This document shows positions 24,330 through 36,012 of a DNA stretch of 64,000 nt, one piece after another. Origin of the DNA: the human T2T-CHM13v2.0 reference genome, Homo sapiens. The DNA is taken from NCBI RefSeq assembly GCF_009914755.1, contig NC_060937.1; one strand, 5' to 3'. Numbering within the stretch: position 1 is the stretch's first letter; every line of letters starts with the position of its first letter. The translations under genes and the position numbers were made by a program. The notes below the pieces were generated by a model. The model was not told the origin of the DNA, did no database searches, and saw only the letters and a program-made list of their open reading frames with translations.

Positions 24330-25600
24330 TAGCAAGGCAGAGCTGTTCTCTCAGTAACATGATTCACCATTTTCCTGATGTGTATCATTAATACTCTCTG
24401 AGATTTGGCAGGAGGTGAGGAGAGAGTTATGTTTTAAGATCCGCTCTCCAGGTTTATCCACTCACTTAGGCAGCATAATTTAACCCAGCTACTCTTTCTA
24501 ACAAATTTTAGCGAAGCAGAGATTTCATAGCATACAGGTAGGTCATTAGAAATTAATTCAGGGTCTATACATTCCTTAGAATTGTTGGCCTATGAAGGCC
24601 TAGCCTTGTCAATACCTTGAGTCAGAATCTTTCTCAAAGTGGACTTTCTGTATTTTATTTCGTCTATATGGGTCAGAGCTTTAATCCAAAGCACTGAACC
24701 CCAGCCAGGGATTAATAGTGGTGAAAATTGTTAGTTAACTAGACTTGATGGCGCAGCCAACTGATAAGGCATGATTATAGGCCTCATAATTCACTGGGAG
24801 AAATTCATTAGTCAACATTTTTACCGGCACTCCCTTCCTGGTAACAGTCAAAGCACATTTCTACAGCCCTTTCCGACCATTACTTTTCTCACTTGAGAAA
24901 TTCCAGGATGAAGGGATTAAAAGAAATGTAAATTCTTCACTTCATATCTCACCTACAAAAGTGGGCAGCAACATGATTTGGGGAAATTTCCTGAAGTCAT
25001 GATGAAATTTATAGCAGAACAAAAGCCGCCTGGATCTACTATTTATTTTGCAAAGCAAAGTAAAAGCTTTTTTAAAAACTCATATTCAATTTTATTAAGC
25101 AATATTAAAAAGCAATAGAGCTTTCAGGACATACAGGAATATAGTGCACATATCATTTATATGCGATTGTGCATAAATCATTCTTTTTTTAGATGAATGG
25201 AATCAGAACTTCATGGCACTTGCAGAAAATACCCACTTAATTTTCAAGAAGAACTCTGTAAAAGAATGCTTATCAACTTCTCCAGAATAAAAATTGGGCC
25301 TAAATATGAAGACTTTGCCATTATATGAACACTCTTCAACGCTTTGACTCCGTGAAGTTAATATCATTGCCACCATTCTTAAAGTAAGTGGAATAATGGG
25401 CATATACTGGGCGGGGGGGAAAAATAGTAATTAACTGTCAGAGTCCATGAATGTGAATGGAACTAAAGTCTCAATGTTCAAAAAAATTTTTTTAATTCCC
25501 TGGCTTAAAAATTCAATGTAATCAGCAGCTACTTTCCAAAAAGAGACAAAAGCAGTCTCTCAACTTTCTACATCAACCATACTAGGGGTCCAAACTAGGT

Positions 25601-25663
25601 AAAAAAACAAACAAAAAAAAAAACAAAAAACAAACAAACAAAAAAAAACAAAAAAAAAACAAA
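25601..25663 (+). repeat. A-rich (A/AAAC)n tract
   Basis: aaaaaaacaaacaaaaaaaaaaacaaaaaacaaacaaac... Confidence 0.95.
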
Positions 25664-25664
25664 G

Positions 25665-26240
25665 GACTTAGCAGTGATTCAAAAGACCTTGGCCTCAGTC
25701 TCAAATACATTAGATATAACAGCTTAGTAGTTGACATGAAAAGGTCACTTTCTGTTTCTCACTTTCCTCACCTGAAAATGGCATTCAAATAGTCATCCTG
25801 GAGTTGTTCAAGCATTGAATTTAAAAATATATAGGCCGGACGCAGTGGCTCACACCTGTAATCCCAGCACTTTGAGAGGCTGAGGCAGATGATCACCTGA
25901 GGTCAGGAGTTCGAGAACCAGCCTAGCCAACGTGGCAAAAACCTGTCTCCACCAAAAATATAAAACTTAGCCGCGCGTGGTGGCATGTGCCTGTAATCCC
26001 AGCTACCCAGGAGGCTGAGGCAGGAGAATCGCTGGAATCCAGGGGGCAGAGACTGCAGTGAGCTGAGACTGATTGCACCACTGTACTCCAGCCTGGGCAA
26101 CAAAGCAAGACTCCGTCTCAAAAAAAGGAAGGAAGGGAGGAAGGAAAAGAAAGAGAAAGAAGGAAAGAAAGAAAGAAGAAAGAAAGAAAAAATATATATA
26201 TATATATAGACACACTCTGTAAACTGTAAAATGTAAGAGG
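25665..26240 (+). mobile_element. MIR interrupted by an Alu
   Basis: gtttctcactttcctcacctgaaaatgg before the Alu and cactctgtaaactgtaaaatg after it. Confidence 0.6.
25834..26187 (+). mobile_element. AluS with GA-rich tail
   Basis: ggccggacgcagtggctcacacc...gatcacctgaggtcaggagttcgaga; TSD aaaaatatata, expanded into (TA)n on the right. Confidence 0.95.
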
Positions 26241-29214
26241 TCATGATTGCCACACTTTTATAAAGTCTTTACGACCTTGAGTTCCTGTATACAAAGCTTC
26301 TCAGTTGACCCCGTAGATATTTTACCTCTAGACCACCTTGGCATTGACTTTCTTTGTACTGCTAGATATGTCCCTACTCTCTCTTGAGTGGATCTCCGCT
26401 AGTGACAAATATCTGTGAACTACATAAATGTTTCAAAAGTTCTCTGAGAGACTCAGAGCAAAAAGCAGCCTGCAAATTCAAAGTGCTAGTTAGATTTTCA
26501 TGACACTAAAGTATTACCACATCTCTCTGGAATTTGTAGGGCTTTTCTATCCTTAGGACACAAACAGAATAAATTGAATGAGGGTTACTGGGTCCTTGAG
26601 AGCAGTTCCAAACAGCCATCTATGCACACAGACTGGGGTCAAAGCTGGATACAGAATCTCAGAATTCCATTATGACACTGTTGGATGAGGCTGGTTTTCC
26701 TGCATACATAATGAATATATTATCTCAGGCTTTCCAACTGTTTTGAAACTAGACATCCAACATTTAAACTTGGGAGTAAGCAATTACTGAAAAAATGACA
26801 ATCTGCACCAATGAAAAAAGTTCAGAATATTTCTTTCTTCAGTTGGGTACATTTAACTGTGTGAGAAGAGGAACTAATCTATGTTTCAATTAGTTCCCTG
26901 TGATTCCAGCAAGGTTTGATGGATTAATCAAATTCTGGCTTTTAGGGGGAAGGATTTACTTAAAATCAAATTGATCTGTTGTTCTCATATTATCACTGGT
27001 AAATCTATATTTACTCTGCTTTAGGGCTTCTGAAGAGTAATAAATTGTCACCACTCCTGCAGTCTGCCTGAGTCTCAAGTCACACTTGAAATGAGTTTAA
27101 TATTTAGAGCCCCTTTCAAAAGTACTGTTGCTTGCAGACACTCAGTCGTAAACTTTCCAACAACAACAACAAAAAACGCGACAGTAGAGGCAAGATTTCA
27201 TGAAGGCAGAATCAGACTGTAAATTTTCTTCCTGACTTTTGGAGACAAGGAAGACGGTTTCACCAAGCAAAAGCAAAATTCAAACGAAAAGAGGGTGAGA
27301 TGCAAATGTCGAGTGTACATGTGCATGGTGGCGGCTGAGGGTAGGTGAGCATCTAATTGCATTCTGCAGGAGTTACTTCCATCTACGAATCATTTCCCCT
27401 TAGTGAGGATATTCTTCCTAGGCTCTGCCTTTCCTTTCATTTGATGGACACTGACAGTGGCCTCTCCTGTTCAAAATGCACTCTGCAGGTGTTGCTTGGA
27501 AAGGGCTGCACATCACTCAGTTTCCTTATCATCTCCAGGGACTGTTGTTCTTTGTCCCTTATGGGACAAAGGCTCTGATAAAACTTCAAGGCTCTGATGT
27601 TGAAATACGGATTCCTGCATTTAAAGAGCATCACTGCTGCTCTTCCTGCCAGAGAGCTGGACTGCTAATTTGACGCAGAGATGCACCTTTTGGACTACAA
27701 GGGGTTAACCCAGTCTGCCAGCCAAGCCAGGAGAAAAGGAGCTGACTCCCAGATGCCGCTGCCAGTAAAATTAATCCTGGAGCTTAGCTTCTGGATGCTT
27801 CACCTGCCAGGTGGGCCCCAGTAGGTCTTTTTCATTGCTGGGCCAGATTAAAAGAGAATGATAAGCAGAAGTGGTTCCGCACCCATCAGTGACAAGAAGG
27901 AAAAAAGCAAAAAACATCATTCACTGAGAAGGAACCTCCCGACTGCCTCCAGGTATTAATGCCCTGAAAACAGTGGACAGGGCACCCCATGCTATGTCCA
28001 GACAACCACCTGACCAGTCTGCCTGCTGGAAAAAGACTCGGTGAACATCCGAAGTCACAGGGTCGGGCACACTGAGCAAGTCCAAGCTACCTTCAGGGTG
28101 CCACCTGTCAAGTTTTCACCTGAGCAGACAGGATTTTCAAATGTGTTCTTTGGTTTCAGGCTGCTGGTAACATTTGTCAGGACACTTTTTTTTTTCCTGC
28201 CTTGTTTGTTTTGAACTTAACAGAAAATCAAACTTTCCCAAATCCATGTCCTTCCTTGATCTTCTAGTCTTAAGAAATTCTTTAAGCTCCAGGCTTCCTT
28301 ATCTTCACAGGTCTTCAGTTTTTTATTTAAAAGAAAAAAACTGGTATTTTTAACATGTTGTTTTAAAAATTAGAAATACAGTTACATTATTGGGGTATTG
28401 CCCAGAGCTGGAAAACAGTGCATTCCACCTATCTAGATGAATCCCATAGGGGAGCAAAGGGCTGGAAAAGCAGGAGAGAGAGCCAGAGGTACAGACGTGA
28501 TTTGCTGGGCAAGAACCTCAAAGAAATAATGAGGTCCCAGGAGAGGTGGAGCTCTGATGTAGGGAATTGAATCCTTTTCCAAAGCTTTCATAAGGTGTGT
28601 TTTTCTTTCTATTGCCAGATAAAGGTCTGTGTGGGGTAGAGGGGAAGAAAGAAGGAAGGGAGTGGAAGTATTCGATAAAAAATGGAGGGGAATGGTGCAA
28701 TGCTTTGCTTAGGTTTCAGGTAAGGTTTCCTTGAAAAGTACTATGAGCAATTTAAACAGTAAAAGTGTCTGGGAATTAAAGAATAAACCAGGACAGAGGC
28801 ATGCATTTCAAGGGCAGTTAGCAGGGATAAAAAGGGGGTTGCAAAGTAGCACTTTATAAATTTGATCTCTGAATATGAAGCTACATTTTCTAAGTCTACG
28901 AAGTAATATTTTGCACATAGAATATCTAAAAGCTAATGTAAATTTTTTTAATCTGTCTGAGTGTGTGTGTCCTCTGAAAAGAATAGCTGCCAAGCCAAAT
29001 CTCAAGTTTTAGATTCACTCCTTATAGCAAAATAAAATAATTATTTCTAAATGTGAAATTCAAAATTTTTCTTAAGCTGGGTGAATCTAAGCATGGTTAG
29101 TTGACTCTTTTACGGAGATGACTATTTTTTAAAATCCACCTATTCTATAAGGAAATGATACCCTCTTCAACTTTCCCCCTGCTCACTGCTGTATGTGATT
29201 TCTTATCATTTTGG

Positions 29215-29345
29215 CAACAATTTACCGCAGTTTTCCTAGGACAATCCCAGGTGGTTCTAGTTATCCTGATGAAATTATTAACTCACCCTTTTTTATTCTC
29301 ATAAGTGTCCTAGTTTGGATGATAAATAACGCTGCTTTCCTACTA
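29215..29345. mobile_element. hAT-Blackjack MITE (MER94-like)
   Basis: ggacaatcccagg...aattattaactcaccctt...aagtgtcctagtttggatgataaat. Confidence 0.6.
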
Positions 29346-29540
29346 GAGAGGACTGCAAAGTTCTGATGTACACAGCGTAAGGCCAGTGGGTCAGGAGACC
29401 AGGAGCTGTGGAAACCACAGCCCTACGATGAAGCAGGTACCCCTGGGTAGGGCCCACGAGGAAGTGAAGGAAATGCCCCAGCTGAGTTCCACCAGAGCTA
29501 GTGAGTACTGCAGTGTACCTTCACTCCTAGTGTAACACTT

Positions 29541-29869
<329 letters not shown>

Positions 29870-30689
29870 TAATAACGGCTAGTGAAATGCTCAGAGTCCC
29901 CTCGACTAAATTATGCAGAATTGAACAAATGACCAGTGCCCACCTTGGGGCCTGCTGGGTGAAGAGGGAAGAAACACCGAAAAGTCAGGGCTGCGCCTAC
30001 AACAATAACCAGTGAAAGCTCAGTACGAGAGAAGGGAACAAGAGTCGACTCTGAATTCCTATAGCCTTTCCACTGTAAGCACACTCCCTTAGCTGCCGGC
30101 CTGAGAACCTCTGGAATGTATTTTATTAAAGAGTAAACCAAAAAAATTAGTAGCTTGTTTTTACTGAATTTACTATATCGGTAAATTTTCTCATACCCCT
30201 ACCAAAAGGAATCTACATGCTCAAGACAAAAAGAATGGGCATTCTATAAAAGATATGTCCTTCCCTACCCATTATATTCAAAATGTCTATTTTTTTTAAT
30301 GGAGTAAATGGAAGAAACAAGAGTAGAAATTTTGCAATGAAAGAAACTGCTATTTAACACTAATGAGATAAAATACATATATATTCATTTAAATAATGAA
30401 TGTTATAATAAATAAGAAATAATTCAAAATAATTTTAGGGCATTTACACTGCTCAAAATAAATATAGTTTTTTAAACCTCAATTTAAATATGTCCTTCTG
30501 AATTGTATAGGACTTATCTGAAAAGTGGGCTGACAAATCCTAAATATACTCACTTGATCAACAAATATTTATAGTATCTATCATGCACAATGCACTGTTC
30601 TTTAAATAGTGATCAAACACATAACATCAGGTATGTTTAAAGCTTGGAGGAAATGTAAAACATACACACATACAAAAGCATGTAACATT

Positions 30690-30860
30690 AAAATTTTATG
30701 ATGTATAAAGCTTTCTTACAGCCTTTATTTCATTTGATTCTATGGACAGCATATTTTACAGGTTAATAAAACAAAATTCAGAGAAGTTAAGGGAGCCATT
30801 CAAGATGAGACGGCTAAGAAATTAGCAGAGTTGGAGTTCCAATCTATAGTTTCTAAGCAA
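30690..30860 (-). mobile_element. MIR
   Basis: tttcatttgattctatggacagcatattttacagg...attcagagaagttaagg. Confidence 0.65.
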
Positions 30861-30862
30861 GG

Positions 30863-31074
30863 TTTTTTATTTCTTTATTTTTATTTCAATAGTATTGGGG
30901 GAACAGGTGTTTGGTTGCTGGAAAAGTTCTTCAGTGGTGGTTTCTGAGATTTTGGTGCCCCCCATCACCCAGGCAGTGAACAGTGTATCAAATGTGTAGT
31001 CTTTTATCCTTCACCCCACTCCTACCGTTCTCCCTAAATCGCCAAAGTCCATTATATCATTCTGTGCCTTTGTG
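30863..31074 (-). mobile_element. L1PB 3' end (5'-truncated) with TSD
   Basis: tttatttcaatagtattgggggaacaggtg...tgagattttggtgcccccatcaccc; TSD ttctaagcaa(g/a)gttt at 30851 and 31075. Confidence 0.9.
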
Positions 31075-31818
31075 TTCTAAGCAAAGTTTCTTTGGCAGTA
31101 ATTTTATTTCTTATAGGATGGGCTGCACACGGGAAAGAATATGCTATACAATTACAATATGGCAGGAGGCAAAAGAATAAATAAGTATTCTAGTCACAGG
31201 CCATGTTAATTTAGACAAAGTTCTTGAGTTTCTATTTCCTCCTCTGTGAAATAGATTAAATGCTTATGATACTCCGTGACTTATCTCTGTCATAGTATTT
31301 CACAATCAAGTACTCTTGAAAACTCAAAAAGAAATGCAAAGTTTTATTCCCACTGGAAATAATCAATGACTCCAAGAGTATTTCTATCTAAACAAGGTGT
31401 ATTTTCTCAGAAAAATAGGTTGGGAGTGGAGGCTATGTAGGAGAAGTCTCTACCAGCAGGGCCATACTGGTTGGTAAAATATTGACGTATTTCTGAGCGG
31501 CTTGATTAACTGGCACTGGCTCTAGTCCCTTAAAAATCCTGGCCTTTTCTCTGAAATCTTCTAGATCTTCCCAGGAGTCAGAAACTAAAGGAACAATGCT
31601 GGCAAGTTCCTGCTTCGGTGCTAAGGCCAGTACCAACCTTACTAGTACTTGACCTCTGTCTCTGCCTTATTGGAGACATTCCTGACCAATAAAGAAAAAA
31701 CTCCGTTTTTCTGTTTGCAGCTTGCTTTCTAATGTAGTCAGAGTCACGTGGCCAACATCTGCCTATATTCCTGTGATCAATGTCCATGTGAATATAGTAC
31801 CACTCTTTTTACCCACTG

Positions 31819-32249
31819 GGTCTTAGTCCATTTTTGTGTTGCTATAAAGGGATACTTGAGGCTGGGTAATTTGTAAAAGAAATAAATAAGTTTATTTGGC
31901 TCACAGTTCTGCAGGCTGTACAAAAAGCATGACATCAGCATCTGCTTCTGATGAGACCCTCAGACTTCTTCCACTCATAGCTGAAGGCAAAGGGGAGGTG
32001 GTATGTCCAGAGATTACATGGTGAGAGAGAAGGCGAGAGAGAGAAGGGATAAGTGCCAACTCTTTTTAACAACCAGCCCTCACAGGAACTAATAGAGCAG
32101 GAACTCACTCATTACTGCAAAGGTGGCAATAAGCCCTTCATGAAGAATCCACCCCCATGACCCAAACACCTCCCATTAAGCCCCACCTTCAACACTGGGG
32201 ATCAAACTTCAACATGAGGTTTGGGGGAACAGACATCCAAACTATAGCA
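31819..32249 (-). mobile_element. MSTB solo LTR
   Basis: gtcttagtccatttttgtgttgctataaagg...ggctcacagttctgcaggctgtacaa...acatccaaactatagca. Confidence 0.92.
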
Positions 32250-32533
32250 CATCACAAGATAGTGATTGCAGGAAATGTAAAAAAGACTGTGGCTAGGATG
32301 GGAAATTTATCAAAATGTGATGCTTTATCTCCAGGGGCATTAATAAAACTGTAGAGAAGGTCGAAGGCTGAGAGATCTGGGAGCAGTGGGAAGGTTATTG
32401 ATCATTTATTCACTGTTTAGGGCAAAGGAAAAACTAAAGACTGCTTCAATTACCCAGGCATTTACTTCCCAACTCTCAGCAATATAATGCAGTTAGACCA
32501 GGAAACAGAGCTCTCCAAAGCCAGATGAACTTC

Positions 32534-32575
32534 CCTACATAAAGGACTCCTACATAAAAGACCTCCCTACATAAA
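32534..32575. repeat. Three copies of cctacataaa
   Basis: Units at 32534, 32549 and 32566. Confidence 0.85.
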
Positions 32576-33375
32576 AAACCAGGAATTTCAGAGACTCAGA
32601 ACACCAGCAACACTTGTCTCCAGTTTAAAATCTGAGAATCTACCAAAATCTGTCAAATGGACAATGAAGAGAACCCAAGGGAACTCACCAACCCTGTTAG
32701 CAGGCGCATGTCATGCAAGAACATACTCTGTTCAACCAAGGACAAGAAAAAGAAAACCAAACAAAAATAAGCACGATATTTGTGAAAATAGTCTGCACTT
32801 TCAAAAAGAGAGAGAACCTAAGTACTAAAGATGCATAAGAAAAACAAACCTTTGAAAAAGATCTACTATAGGAAATGGTAAACTAGTAGATTCTTTTTTT
32901 TACAGGAACTTGAATGAAATTCAAGAAAACATCGACTCTGTAAAATAATATAAGGTTAACATTTAGATAGAAGGGGAACAGACTGGGTCAGGCAAATATA
33001 AAAAAGAAGGTAGATTTTTAAAAAGGAAAGATTGTAATGATATCAAGTTACAAACAAATTATTTATTTGATATATCTTCATGAAGGGCTAAGAAATCTCA
33101 CAATATGGAGACCAGCAAGATCTCTGGGACAATATTATAGAAAATTGTCCCTAAGACAACAAACTGAAGAAGCACTTCAAGAATGCAGAAAAAAAGAAGA
33201 GAAAAATTATGTGATTAGGGAGGATGAAAATGGGATACAGAAAATAAAGATATAAGAAATGGGTAATTGATTTCCTGGTGGGGGCGGGGCAGGGAGAAAA
33301 GAACAAATAAGACAATAAATAAAAGAACAACACAAATGAGTAAGGCTTTCCTAATAGAGGAAAATAATATTATGT

Positions 33376-33442
33376 TTTCATAATAGATTAGAACATGACT
33401 AATTTCATAATAGATTAGAACATGACTAATTAGGACATGACT
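33376..33442. repeat. Exact 27-bp tandem duplication plus a partial third copy
   Basis: tttcataatagattagaacatgactaa x2 followed by ttaggacatgact. Confidence 0.95.
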
Positions 33443-34170
33443 GAAGCTATAAAAAAGAAGCCTAGGAAACTTCTCAAGAAAGTCCTGAGGTCTTAGATGA
33501 AAAGAGTTTACCTTTTTTTCATCATATTCTGGTGAAGTTATGATTTTCAAAGAAAAAAAAAAAAGAGAGACAAATCATGCATCCCTGAGGCTGGGCCAGG
33601 ACACTCAGAGTTCTCTCTCTCAGAAAAAAACTTCTGAGGCAGGCCATGGACTTCTCTAAAGAGTTTAAAGTGTTTAAAGTAAGACGGTTTTTTTTTGTTT
33701 TTTTTTTTTTAAAGAATTCTTAAGTACATTTTTAAAAAGGAAAGGGTTACCACTAAACTCTATGCTCAGCCAAATTTTCATTCAAATAATAAAATGAGAA
33801 AAAATTATTCTTAGTAATGCAAAGGCTCAGAAAGGATATCTCCCAGAGTTCTTCCTGAAAATGTGAAACTGTTCAAAAGATCAATAAAAAGAGAACCCAG
33901 AAATGGTTAACCTGTGGTATAAAAAGATGCACAGAAGGCACTGAAGCCAAAAGGGTTTTGAAAGAATATTGTTATTAATAACTTAAAAATATGTATTTAT
34001 TCAAAAATCCCATATCATAAGAAAAAAACTCTGAAACAAAAGAAGGGATGAATAAAATTAGGGTACTCAGTAGATCAAGAGAGTAGCAACAGCTTCTGAT
34101 TTATTCATGACATTGATTATTAGCCAAATATATGTTCAAATATGTCTTTTTTTAATTTTAAGATAAACTC

Positions 34171-34430
34171 TACTATTTTCAATAAGTGGGAGCTAACGGT
34201 TGGGTCCTCATGGACATAAAGATGGCAACAGTAGACACTGGGGACTACTAGATGGGGGAAGGCGGGGGTGAAGTGCACTGAAAAACTACCTGTTGGGTAC
34301 TATCCTCACTACTTGGGTGACAGAACAATTCATATGCCAAACCTCAGCATCACACAATATACCCAGGTAACAAACCTGCACGTATCCCCCAAATCGAGAA
34401 TAAAAGTTGAAATTATGAAAAATAAAAATA
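34171..34430 (+). mobile_element. L1PA16/L1PB4-like 3' end
   Basis: taagtgggagctaa...catggacataaagatggcaacagtagacactggggactactag...gtaacaaacctgcac...aataaaagttgaa. Confidence 0.9.
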
Positions 34431-34445
34431 CCACCAATAAATAGT

Positions 34446-34760
34446 GTCTGGGCGTGGTGGCTCACACCTGTAATCCTAGTGTTTTGGGAGGCTTAGGTGG
34501 GTGGGTCATTTGAGCTCAGGAGTTGGAGACCAGCCTGGGCAACATGGTGAAACCCTGTCTCTAAAACACAAAACAAAACAAAAAATTAGCCAGATGTGGT
34601 GGTGTGCACCTGTAGTCCCAGTTACTCAGGAGGCTGAGGACAGAGGATCACTTGAGCCCAGAAGGTCAAGGCTGCGGTATGCTGAGATTATTCCACTGTA
34701 CTCCAGCCTGGGCAACAGAATGAGACTCTGTCTCAAAAATAAATATAAACAAATAAATAT
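34446..34760 (+). mobile_element. AluJ
   Basis: catttgagctcaggagttggagaccagcctgggc and cttgagcccagaaggtcaaggctgc. Confidence 0.93.
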
Positions 34761-35739
34761 CATAAAATACTGTTTTCAGGGACTTTTTCTTCCAAATCAT
34801 TGGGACAAAAAAATCAAAATAACATTTCATATGACAACAGGAGAAAACAAAGAAAATAAAAAAGAAGCAAAATATACAACAATAAAAGACAGATATCTCC
34901 AAACAAAATGACAGAATAAACTGAAAATCACAGTCATGATAATGAACACCCCCACTAAAATATAACTCTTACACTTGGCTAGAAAATAAAATCTAGCAAT
35001 AATAGGCCTCCCTAACACAAAAGGACAAAGCAAAACTAAAAGTAAATATTTGGGCAAAGATACCTCAGTTAAACCCAAGGAGAAAGAGACAGATAAAGCA
35101 TATTACTAACAGAAAAGTAAAAGGTAACAAAAATTAAAATGTGCATAATTTTTATATATCTCTCTCTATATGCTAAATATATAGATAGATACAATCTGTA
35201 ATTATGATTCTGGAGTCCTAAGCAATTATACTATATAATGTAGTATAAAATACATTAGGCAAAAATAAAATGAGAAATAAATAGAAACACAAAGTAGGGA
35301 GATATTTTAATACAAAATGCATAGGCTTTGTTAAGTAAATAAGATTTAAAATGATATAAAAAAATCTAAATACTTAAGATTTACTTAACATTTATATTGA
35401 ACTATATAAGGAAAAGAGAAATGTTCATGGAACTTTTGCAAGAATAGTTCTTGTATGAGGCCACAAAAAAAGCAAAATAGTTTTTAAAAACTCAATGGTT
35501 CATATTATTTACAGCCAATACCAAAAAACCCTCAAAAACCTACATGTTAATATTAAAATTCTAAATAAAAATTTTAAATGTTTGAAAAAAACTATTAATC
35601 TAATAAATAGCTTATGTTAAAAAATAAAAATAACAATTCTAGAAAAATGTTAAAGTAACACTAATGATAAAATTGTATACCAAACATCTGGGAAATGGCC
35701 AGAACTACTCAGTGGACTGACTATTCTTCTAGATTAAGA

Positions 35740-36012
35740 AGGATGGAGAGAGAGAGGGAGGAACAGAGGGGAGGAAGGGAGGAAGGGGGAGGAAGGGGGG
35801 AAGGGGGAAGGGTGAAGGGGGAAAGGGGAAAGGGGGGAATGAGGGAACTACGGAAGGAAGGAAGGGAGGAAGGGAGGGAGGAGGAAAAGGGGGAAGGGGG
35901 AAGGGGGAAGGGGGAAGGAAGGAAGGAAGGATAGAAGGAGAGAAAAAAAGAAGGACAGACGAGGAGGAGAGGGAGGGGAGGGGAATGAGACAGAGAGAAG
36001 CAAGGAAGAAGG
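35740..36012 (+). repeat. GA-rich low-complexity polypurine tract
   Basis: Almost entirely G/A, includes four GGGGG tracts separated by AA. Confidence 0.95.

Noticed and set aside
25903-26253. 116-aa minus-strand ORF
   Set aside because: Antisense Alu plus GA-rich tail.
27437-27673. Possible processed pseudogene or coding exon
   Set aside because: The frames I translated resemble no protein I recognise and contain frequent stops; no poly(A) or TSD.
32534-33442. Short direct repeats as a CRISPR-like array
   Set aside because: Eukaryotic DNA, only 2-3 adjacent units, no unique spacers and no cas genes.
34501-34911. 136-aa ORF
   Set aside because: AluJ read-through into decayed L1; non-ATG start.
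35328-35390. 12-bp inverted repeat tgttaagtaaat/atttacttaaca
   Set aside because: Within very AT-rich decayed L1; plausible by chance.
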